A stretch of 64,000 bases of DNA from contig SMSO01000034.1 of NCBI GenBank assembly GCA_004764695.1, positions 4,340,001-4,404,000 on the forward strand, in the 5' to 3' direction. The notes under the pieces are model-generated. The model was not told where the DNA came from. It saw nothing but the letters and a program-made list of their open reading frames with translations, and searched no databases. A program made the position numbers and the translations under genes. Source of the stretch: Schizochytrium sp. TIO01 (Eukaryota > Protista > Bigyra: Labyrinthulomycetes). The stretch's first letter is position 1. Each line of letters opens with the position of its first letter. Positions 37,301 through 48,700 of the stretch are shown piece after piece.

Positions 37301-38609
37301 TTCGGACGCAAGCAGGATTTATATGACCATCCACTACAAAGCCGGTCTCATGGATAAGTCCCGAAGGAGCCATGATTTAATTAAAGATAAACCAAATAAA
37401 AAGTAGACCTCAGCCCCTCAGTGCGTGTGGGATATCGAGAACAACCCGAGCTCGTGCGCAGTCCCCAAGAGAACATTGTTTTGACAAAACTAAAGGAGTC
37501 AAGCCAAGGTATTCTGTGAGAAGCAAGATCATAAACCAACTCTCATTCTCCATAAATCAAGGTGCCCATTTGACAAAAGCTCCAACTTTATCATGGTAAC
37601 TATTATAAAGCTCATCGCCAAGCTCGACATCTTATTACCATGAAAAGCTCAATATATGATTAGAAATCAATTTTTATGGAAAGAAGAGAGTTTACCCCTG
37701 TTTTGTTTTGTCTTTTACTTTTTTCAAGTTTTTATCATCATGATAGAAAATACTCAGCATCAACAAAAACTTTTTAATATGTTTTTTTTAATATGTTTAT
37801 TTTTTGATTTTAGAAAAGTCAAAAATATTGTTGTATTATGGTATTATTGATAACTCTGCTCAATCGTCATCTCATCAAAATGAGGATCTTCCGGGGCAGC
37901 ATTACGTGATCGGCCACTCAGCGCCGTTACTTAAGGACCCTCTCCACAGATCAAGCGGGGAGCTCGGTTGTGGCCGTTTCTCATCTTGGACTCAGAGTTG
38001 TGCACGCCTTGAAATTCTTCCTTTTTAGCTCTTTTTTGATGCGCCAAGTAAAAAGCAACTCAAAGGAGGCAGCCTCCGGTTTCATATTGTGGGGGTCCTC
38101 GCAGACTCTGTGGAACAATAGGTGTGCACTGGCGCGGATGTGGCTTGGAACTGGTGCTGGGTAAGGCGCGTGTGGAGTAAGGAGTGACCAGGACTGCAGA
38201 TTAGTTCGTTCAAGCACGTGAATATGAGGATGGACTCGAAGATCACATGGTGTTAAGCGGGAAAATCATGGATCTGACGACGGATAGCTTAGGATGCGAA
38301 GGAAGTACCAAAGACCGGGAGAATATTGCAGTATCGAAAGGACGTTTGGGAAACAAGGCCTGAATAGAATTGTTTGGTCATCACACGGAGATTCTGGGTT
38401 CAAGTGCAACAGCCAACAGCAATAAGTCGTGAATCAGGTCAAATATCTAGGCTGTGGTCTTTTTAATCGAACAATACTCGCTCACTAAATTGTGTTGGCC
38501 TAATCGAGGTTTTATTTCAATTTGAGGGTCGGTTGGTAATTTATTTCGGTTGCTTGACTATTTGACTGTATTTGCTTCATCAAAGCGTTAGTATAAATCG
38601 AAAACTAGA

Positions 38610-39494
38610 ATGGGTAAAAAAAAGTCTGCTGGAAAAGACAATGGTCTGGATTCTGATCAACTTGAGGGGAAAGGCAGTGGTAGCTCTCTAGAGGTCGAGG
38701 ACGAAGATGGAGAACAAGTCTTAAGCAAGCCTATTGAACTTGACTTAATAAATGATGTCCCTCCCCCTGAGTGCAAGTGTGCTGGAAGGGTCTTACGAAG
38801 AGAAAGGTATCGCCCGCACCTCTGTCCAATGGAGATTCGCAATAAATACTCTGTTTATGAAGGCCTTGAAGGTATTCAGCCAGGACAGCTTATTGAGAAT
38901 CAGCTTTTCAGACGCGTTGAAAGCCATCTTCCTCCAGACAACCAATTCAGAGATCAGCTCATCAGCGTTGAACCGAAAGAGAAAACTCGAAAGTGGTGCG
39001 AGCACCAGCTTGCGGAATACGATGCTCTTCTACTTCATCACAATCAAATTCGTGCGAAAGAACAACAAAAGGCTTTACTAGCTGTGCAGACGTCAACCAT
39101 GAGTTTAGATCAGGAAGGGACGAGATCTCTCCCTTCAGAAGCAAGGAATGTAAAGACAAATACTACAGAGCCTCATTGTGACAAAGATGCGGAAGATAGA
39201 GAATCTGAATTTTTAATTGAAGATCCGTGCAAGGGGGAGAACCTTGCCCTTCCATATACGCGTCGCGCAGCACTTTTGCTTGCTCTAGGACGATACAATG
39301 AAGCCCTTGACAGTGCCGAAAAGGCAACAACTCTCAATGTCCACCTTGCTAGTGCATTTTACCAGAAAGGTCTAGCTCACTATTATCTTGGGGACTACGC
39401 AGCCGCCATGGATGTGATGCTGCAAGGACTTAGATATAACCCCCACAATCCACGCCTTGATCGTGCTGCAGCCAGATTACGAGTGCTACTGTAA
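38610..39494 (+). CDS. Protein with C-terminal TPR repeats
   Basis: YTRRAALLLALGRYNEALDSAEKATTLN...AFYQKGLAHYYLGDYAAAMDVMLQGLRYNPHN. Confidence 0.8.
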   Translation: MGKKKSAGKDNGLDSDQLEGKGSGSSLEVEDEDGEQVLSKPIELDLINDVPPPECKCAGRVLRRERYRPHLCPMEIRNKYSVYEGLEGIQPGQLIENQLFRRVESHLPPDNQFRDQLISVEPKEKTRKWCEHQLAEYDALLLHHNQIRAKEQQKALLAVQTSTMSLDQEGTRSLPSEARNVKTNTTEPHCDKDAEDRESEFLIEDPCKGENLALPYTRRAALLLALGRYNEALDSAEKATTLNVHLASAFYQKGLAHYYLGDYAAAMDVMLQGLRYNPHNPRLDRAAARLRVLL

Positions 39495-39792
39495 TGAAAA
39501 GTCACGCTGCTCGATGTCAGCATGAAATACTAAAGCCTGAGTTAGATCAAGCCGACTGCTGAAGATAAATTAGAAATTGTATAAAAGATAAAAATCATAT
39601 GTTCATTTTGAATTCAGGGTAAATAATCAGCCAAAGGTTTACGGAGCCAAGTAATTATTACTATGCACAATCAAAGTTAGATACAATTGATAGGCCCATC
39701 TTTGGCGAATTTGTTCATGTAGGTATTGTAACATTTGTCTTCAGGAAATAGTCACTAGTTAGCAGCTGCACGCTATTTCCAGAAGAGGTTTA

Positions 39793-42700
39793 TCAAGGAT
39801 CAGCGGGGCCCTCTTTGGAACGCTTCAGCTTAATTTCTGACAAACGACGTTTTCCAAATCGAGAGCTCCAAGATCCTTTTCCTCTCCGCTCCGTGCCCGT
39901 CGAAGGTGGACTTTCCGATGGCTGCGAAGATAGAGGAGCAGGAGGAGGGGGCAGAGAAGCAGAATCAGGATAAGATTGTACAGCATTCGCCAAGCTTGCA
40001 GGTGACGCTGTTGCACCTGTTCCATCCCCTTCTGAAACATGAGAAATATGTGCTGATTCAATCCCTGATGTGGTGTTAAAGCTCTGATCAGATGCATGAG
40101 TTCCCGACTCGCCTTGCTCACCTGTACTCAACGATAGCCTACCAGCGGTGGCATTCCTTTTTTGCATCTCTTTGTAGCGAACGTGAGCTGCGTTGGTTAT
40201 GCCATCTAGTGGTGATGAGAAAACTGGAGATGTTGCCGAAGATGTCATACCGTGGGGAGAAGAGAATGGTGAGAAGCGACGACTCGAGCTGTGTGGCACA
40301 AGTTTTGAGAAGAAAGTATTTAGGCGTCCGAGCGTTCCTTGTCTTGGAGGGATTTTCTTTAAATGGTCAACAGAAACTTTTGCGCATAGCCCTTCGTCAA
40401 ATTGGACTTGGCAATGTGGAGAGGTTAAAAAGGCCTCAATTACCATTCCAGTTGCATTACGCTCAATATCATATACATTATTCACCGTAAGCTTCACGCG
40501 GTCCCCCATCTCAAATTTAAGAGGTGGAAAAGCCTCGCTCACCGGTAGATATGCATCGCCTTGAAATGTTTGACAGTTCTCACATACAATTTGTTCACTT
40601 GTATTGACACGTCGACAGACGCCGCAAACCCAAGGTTCAGCATCCTCCATACCTCGGGAACTTTCATGTCTTGCGTACTGCGCATTATGAGCAGATCGCT
40701 TGCCGCACTGTTCGCATCTAGTCTGTTCTGGGTCATTTCCGTCAAATTGACAAATTCGGCATTTCCAAGTAGAGTTTTCAATGCTATTGTCGTCATCATC
40801 TCCACCTTCCACAAGGCTACTACTACCGCCTGAAAGGCCACCCCGTAGCTTGTTTCGAAAAGGTCCAAGAAAATTGTCATCCTTCGTCTCCATAGTTCGC
40901 GACCGAGATCGTGTTCGGAGCCGCGTAGCACTTCCAGCGTTAACTTGATCAAGACTGCGATGTCGCCGATGGTGCCTCGGCGGAAGCTCTTGGTTTAACA
41001 ACTCTCTATCATCAACGGAGGCAGATTTGGTCTCACTTCTGTTATTGGAGAGCTCGTCGAAACGATCTGCACCAGCCATTGCATTTGCCACACTCGGTCG
41101 CGGGTAACGGTTTCGCCGAAGAAACATCCTCTTATCTTCATCAGCCACGTCATCGTCCTCTGATGTTAGGGGCTTTATATTAGCTTTAATTGAATCAGCG
41201 TCATTCTCACTGTCATCTTCATCGTGTTCATCGAGCGCATCCAGTTTGAGGTCTTTCTTACTATTACGATCTTTACTTGATGACTTCTTATGCCCATCCC
41301 TCGAAGCCCCTGGGCGCAAGAACTTCTTTAAGAGTGGGCCGCCAGCTTTGATTTTCTCTAGAATCTGTTTCCGGTCATGATGGCTTCCCACACCTAATTT
41401 TGAAAGCTTTTGCTTGTTGAGTGATCCGAGCTCTTCTACACTAAAGATCCCGCGCTCTACAAGTTTACTGCGCCAGTCTTCTAAACCAAGCTCTATGATA
41501 GCATCTTCAAACCGAGGTCCTGATTCGTACAAATCTTCAAGTCTTTGACTGGGCCGTCGGGGTTGTGAAAGTGCAGATCCAACCCGTCCATAGTTGTGAA
41601 AAGCACGGATTAGTTTATCCTGGTGCGCAAAGAGTTTTACACCGAACTCTGGAAGCTCATCATGAGTCAACTGTTTTACTGACCGAATGTTGATAAAACC
41701 CATGGAACGAAAGCCATCCATGTACTGGCTGAGACCTAATTTGTCAAGCAGTTCACTCAGTAAACGACCATCCTCCTCATCATCGTCAAAGGCTTCAGCA
41801 TCGAAACCATCAAGCTCGGAGCCGCTGCTGACGATCGCAGATGCCCCATTACGGAATCGGCGTCGACGTCGAGGTGCTTCAAGGTTTGTAAACAAAAGTA
41901 GACCATCTAAGCGATCCCCTGTAGAAGGCAGTGGCAACTGGAAACTCTCTACAATTCTCTCTTTCAAAGGTGCGTTTTCGACAAAGCTTGCCCAAGCTTC
42001 TTCCTCGTCACCCATTTGAAGCTGCACTGATGCAGATACCCGATACCAGTCAGACCAAGATTTACTAACTTTCACAGTGTTGGAACAGAATTGTTCTGCG
42101 TAGGGTTCGCTGGTTATGATATGATAGAGGCTCACAGTTTGACGGGAGGAAAGCGCACGTGCTTTGGCTTCAAGAAGTTTTCTGTGTTTAGCTACTGCAA
42201 GGATGCGCTGTTGGCGCTGTTGATTCAATCCTCCCTCAGCCTTTGGCCTAGTATTGTCACCCTTGCTGTCATCAAACTCTATTTTTGCGGTTGGTGATAA
42301 TGGATTAGACGTCGCTGCGGGGACGCTGAGGATCTTAGAGAGCCTTCGACCGGTTGTCTCGTAACGCCGAGAGTGATCGAGCGAGTAGCTACTAGACAGT
42401 GCTGCTGCAGATATCAAGTCCGGTGTTGGAAACTCGCCAGAAGTCCTGATATGATTCACGGCAAGTGCATGGTCAACGAAGGAAATACTTCGTAGTTTCT
42501 TTGACTGGGATTCTTGTCGCAGTTGGGATAAGCGAGTACTTCCACGTTTCAAGTGTATCATCCAGGCCAAGGCTTGAGCCCAACGCTCACGCAAGGCAGC
42601 ATCTGACATTCGAAACATATGAACTTGGCCGGGACCAACAGTAATTTCTAGGTAATTGTGCCCAAGTTGATCTACAACATTTAGTGCTTTCACTTGTGTT

Positions 42701-45700
42701 TCCGCATCGATTTCAATTTGCTCTGTGATTTCCTCTCGAATGTATAAGAAAAGAATGTTTTGATGTAAAATAGCAAAACGATCCTTCCATGCAGAACGAC
42801 TACCGTCTTTGTCAATGCGTAACTGCATCTGACCATTTGTAAGAAAACTCGATGAGAATCGACCGGCCAGCTCATCCAAGGGAGAAAGTACAAAATCTAT
42901 GAAAGTTGGCGGATTTGTGATATCTGACGCCCAACCATTGTGATCCTCAGGTCGAAGGACATCACAGAAACTTAGGGTGCGCAATACTCCCCCAATCTGA
43001 GTGTTCACCTGAACGGACGTAATCTCCTTTGAGTCTCCACCTTGCACAATTGAAGCAGTTGTTATGTCCGGAACCAGGATCTCTTCCCAAGACCTTTTCC
43101 CAGTGACAGGGTCAAGTAAGATTAATTGAGCGCCAGGATTGTTTGTAAGAACGAGAATCTGCCGTTTGCGCTTAGCAGCTTTGGGCAAACCTGGGACAGA
43201 ATTTGTTATGAGAACCATCGAGGATCGAATAGGGCTCTGGATCGAAGTGAGTCTGGCGCAACTCTGATTACGACAAATTGTAGCCATTTTCATCCGCTGA
43301 CGAACCAGATGGCCTCGCCAATACTTTTGGATCGGTAGTACCATGGTTGAAGCACGAACATCCGAGGAACGACACAGAAAACGTCTTGCTAAAGCCTGGA
43401 TGCGAATCGCAGCACCACGTACAATGAGGAAGTCATTCCGAATTCGAAAAAGACGAAAGGCATTTAAAATTCGAAGCGCAGCACTTCGATAGAACGCTGG
43501 ATCAAGAATTCTCTCATACACAAATCGCTGAATCTTGACGACTGCTTCAATTTTCTCAACCAGTTTCATGAATTCATGCTGCAGTTTGGTAGCTGCTTTG
43601 TCTCTCACTCGCCAGCGGCAGCATTCTAATATGCGCTGCGCCTTGAGAGATAGATAAAAGACTGCATCATCAGCATGAGGATCGTCGCTGGTACTCAGCC
43701 AACGAGTACGCTCAGGGCCAAGAATCACCTCAAGAATGTCTGGCGCATGTTTGCCGATCTCTGGTTCAAACCTTCGCGCAATTGGCCAAAATCTTACCAC
43801 AACATCATCACCACAAACTCGAGTTGGGAAAAGCTGGTTGCGTACATCGCATAGCTGTCGAAACCCTGCATAGTCAAATTGCCGCACCATGGCAGCATCG
43901 TCCCAGACCATTGGATGAAAACTCAGATTTGGCATAAAACAACGAACAAACCATTGGTTGGTGCTTTCGAGTATCTCTGAGAGAGCACTTATTTCTTCAC
44001 GTCGGTTTTGAGCTGTGGTTCTTGTTTCTGCTCGCTGGTTCAAGATTTCAGTCTCGCTCTGCTCCTTATGTGCACGAAATTGAGCCTCTTTGTATAAAAG
44101 AGATAATACAGAAGAAACCCCTTGATGAAATAACTCCAGAAATTGCACACTTGAGACTTGGCATGGTCTTGCGTTTGCTGACACAAGGCCACGGGCGTCA
44201 TATTCGAGAAAAGAGCCGCCATAGTGCCGGACACGGAAAGATTCATAACCAAACATTGCGCGTTGCAGATATCGCTTGCTTTCATGGACAACAAGTAGAA
44301 CTTGAACAAGATCAGCATCCTCCTGACTTTGTCGACCACGGATAAGTGATTGTTCATCAAGAAGGCAAAAGACGCCTTCTGGATGGCCAACAAACATACT
44401 CAAAAGTTGCTGGCTAGCTCGAAGAGGCTTGCTTCGGGCAACCTCCTGGCAGAGGTCTGGAAGTCTTGCCTGCTCGCTGCGGTGTAACGCATCTTCATAC
44501 AGGTGCTCAAGAACCTCGTTAGCAAAGTTTTGAAAAAGAGCCTCGCTTGAAAGAAGTGGTGATGTGGCAAATGTGGCAGGGCTGTCCGCAGAGGTCCCTC
44601 GCATACCACAACTTGGTGCCATGAAGTCTTGATCAATATCCTCCCCGGCGATACCATATACAAAGGAGGCGTATTCTACGACGTTCAAGCATAGGTCTTC
44701 TACTCCTGGAGACCTTCGGCCCATGTTATGCCCAAGTTTTGCATTAATAGCACCTAACAGAAAGTCAAACAAGTTGCTGTATACATGCTCGATAAAGCGA
44801 TTACGCATCTCTGCTGCGCCTTCAGGATTGAAAGGACTAGCCAAATCATCAGAATCATGGTAGTCGCGGAAAAGAAACGCGCGACTTAAACGAGCGTGTC
44901 CTACACCGAGCAAGTGGCATGCCCGCTCAAGAGAAGATGCACTATTCCCGACTGTGCTAACGACGGCCTTTGCAACCGCAGATTTGGTTTCTGTGTCAGA
45001 ATTCGCATCCTCCTGATATTCAGGGTTTTCCTCAAATTGAACGTTACTGAGGAGCAAGAGAGCTGTGAGGATACGCATAAGGTCCTCCTGCACATTAGTA
45101 TCCAGGCCTATATCTGAGAGCGCACTTAACGTCGCTCTGAACGCGGATGCCCGAGTATAACGAAACTTGGATGAATGTTTATCTTTAGGCTTCAGGTGCC
45201 TCCGAAAGGTTACATCATCTGACCCAAGCATCTGATATCGTGATGGTTTATCGAGATCCAGATTCTGTGATACTGGAGCTTCGGACCAACCATTGCAGAG
45301 TTGGTAAAATATATGAAAATTACGCTCAAGGGGGGGCTTTTGAACAAGGCGATTCACATCAAACATATGTGCTTCATACCAAACACTTGAGATGGCATAT
45401 TGCGGCTCGACGGAGGAACTCCCACTGCTGGAATTTCCACTTGACGGTCTCATAATAAGACGTACATTTTTGGTGTAGCAAGTTGTATCTGCACACCGTA
45501 CTGAGCTTGCATTACCAAAAGCCTGGAGGATAATCTCTGCTGCAGTGATTTGCTTTTCAAAAGCAACTTTATCAAACAAAGCTGATTTTGATGTCGTCAG
45601 ATAATGGACAAGTTCTGACCCCAGTCGTGATTTTCCAGAACCAGACATTCCAGTAAGTACAACTGATTGAGATACAGCAGCATCTCCATTCACAGTAGCA

Positions 45701-48700
45701 TCAAACGCTTGATCAGCGAGAGAAAAAATATGTGCCGAAGGAGACATTAAGTATGATGAAACAGGGAGTGCTTTGGGGGTAAAAAGGTCGCTAACTTCGT
45801 GACAGGGATTGACTGCCGCAAGAACATTTGTAGAGATCCAGGTGAATACTTGCTTGCGTCGAACAAAGCGGTCACGCAAGCGAAAGGCTATAACTGCTTC
45901 GTTGAGGTCATCGAATTCAGAAAGTTGGTCATCACCGACATACTCTACGTCGATGTGGCCAGGGTGTACAGGTAAAGCTCGGTCTAGAGGAACAACTATA
46001 CTTTCCGTGGCACCATCACAGCGAACACGCATGGAGGTCTTATAACATTCATCCAAGGTTGCAAGACACCATCCAGCCGAATCTTGAGGACGTACCCATG
46101 CGCGATGTGCAATCTCTGCAACAGGATAGTCTTTGATGCGCATTAACCAGTCCCACCCTGGTGTGAAGGGTCCCGGTGGAGGTCTGTAGGTTCCTTCGGG
46201 TTCAAGTTTGCTTCGACGGCGAGCTACCCATTTTGAATCGACAACTCCAAGCTCTCGGGGAGGTGCCAAAAGACTTGGGCGCCCAGACGATATTTGAAGA
46301 TTACTGGGAACAGGCACAAATCGCTCAATGCCAACACGTAGAGGACGCTCCTGAGTATTGATCCACTCCATAATTGCATCTTTCTCACGAATATCATCGT
46401 CGTCGATAATCCTGTCTTCTGTTAATGGAAAGAAACTTCTTTCTCCCATATAGATAATACGGTTTCCTTTACTGATTGCAGATTCAATATCTGGAACAGC
46501 TTCCTTAAACAGATCATAGTCAAGGCCTGATAGCTCCAGTGTTCCATCATCCATAATGTTAAATCCAAATCCGACATCTTGCTGTTCCACACTTAATTCT
46601 GTGATAACACTAACGAGATTGGTTGGTTGTGGCGGTTGCTCAATATAGGCTGAAGCAGGCACCTCATGTTTTTCTTTAAGCTGCCTCTCTTCATCTGAGC
46701 CAACAGTGAATTCCCGCTCCGACTGTTTGGAGTGTCTGCGCCGACGGCGACGAGAACTTCGATCCCTCCTTGTTGTAAGCCCTCCATTGTTATATTCATC
46801 TATCGAGCCGTCGGCCTCGTCTTCATCATCCTCATCCTCTCCCTGATACTCGATATCCTTATCTTGTAAATCAAAGTTAGATTCATCTATTTTTCTGCGA
46901 CTGCTTTCTGATGCGGGCGAAACATCAGCTCCATTAATCCTATCTTCTTCTGCAATGATCTCTACTTTATGTTGAGCATGAGGACTCAACACTTCATCCA
47001 GAGCTCCTGCATCGTTGCAAGAGGCTGGATGTGAGCGTGGTTGTAAATGGTCCAGTTTAAGGATGTCATTGTGTTGGTCTGATTCATCGTAGTCAACATG
47101 ATTTCTTGTCTCAATCTCATGACGGTGAGGTGACCTGCGCCTCTCACTGCGACGCCGAGGGCGGTGCTCTTCATCCTCACGCGAGTGTGCAACTGAACCA
47201 TTGGGCACAAGCCTATGCCCCTCTTCAGGTACCGGTTCTAAAGAGGGCGACGACATTGGAGAGCTGGGAGAGCTAGGAGAAGCCTTAGAAACAATTTCAT
47301 TCGATTGAAGGGATAAAGCTACCAATGAGGAGCTTGGAGTGCCTTTACTACTGCTTGACCTTCGTTTTGAAGATCTCCTTTTAACCTTGTTACTGCTGGT
47401 AGAAGAAGAATCACGCATGCTGTTTGGCCCCTCAAGACGGCTCTGTTGGTAATCAGACTCAGATACAGTTGCATCAGAAACATCTTGACTATCCATATCT
47501 TCATCTTCTGCAGACCCCATGCGCAAGACGACAGGTTGGTCTGCTCGTATCACATGTGACTCTTCTATAGATCCTGCTGGTGACGTTGCTTCTTTAAGGC
47601 TACTTATCGCCTTTGATGGCCATTCTGCAAATTCTTTACTCTGTCTGTCTTCGTCATTCGCTACGTTCTCTTCTTCTTGAATTGGTGCCTCAATGACACT
47701 TTCCAGGCGTTGGGATGAATTATTTTTGAGGTGATCGCGTCCCATATCCGACAGTTGAGGTGCTGACATTGAATGCGACATCCGTGCAGCTGCAGAGGAC
47801 GCACGCTGTCGGGGTTTAGGGTCACCCAGAAAATCGCTGTCGATAGCATCATCCTCAGCGCTGGCTAGTTTACCGTCAATCCGAGTAGAACCGTCTTGCT
47901 CACTGCCGACATCTTCCCCACTTTGAGATTCTGAAGCGCGAGATGTTTTCGATGCCCGTCTTCGTCGATGGCTATTAAGTTCATTTTTAAAAGAAATATT
48001 GATTTCGGCAGCTGGTGTACTCTGGCGGCGACGTTGACGTACTTCTGGCTGAGCTCCTTTGTCCAGTGACAGGGACCCACCCTGCTCAGTTTCAGACCAT
48101 GAGCTCCGTGCCAAAGACCCCCCTGTCGGCAAGGGTGTGGATAGGTCTGCAACAGTTACGGAAGCCCGTCTCCCTGTGACTAATGCAGCCTGAGATAGTT
48201 TGTCACTGCTGCTGTGACTTCGTTTAATAGTATTTAGACTGTCCCGCCCTAGATTTACATCATCCTTACTAATACTTCCATCTAGTGCTGAATCAGCTGT
48301 GGAAGCCCTACGCATTGGTTTTGAAGTGAGTTTCTTGTCACGTGAGAGTGGCACGGGCTCGCCCGAGTCAGACATAGATGCTGTGGCCGTATCTTTGGCC
48401 TTCGCAGATGACTTCCTTTTCCGATGGGATTTTCGTATTGACTTTGTGTCAGCCCCATGTTCTTCTGAGAGCGTTGAAGTGGATTTTCCACTCCTTGCTG
48501 TGCTTGACTGGTCCTCTCCCCTTTCCACAATCTGTATTTCTGAGAGTACCTCTGCAGTTGTTGGAAGTGAAGGTTTCCTACGACTGGCCACATGCTCCGA
48601 TTCACCGCCGACATTCACCTCCTTACGAGATTTCCGGGACTTTGTAGACCTGCGGCGTGACTCTTCATTAGACACAGATCCTGCATCTTCACCATTTTCT

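Noticed and set aside
35900-37400. Coding-like but stop-ridden stretch with a 16-bp direct repeat (36107 and 36133)
   Set aside because: Possibly a decayed pseudogene, but no family could be supported.
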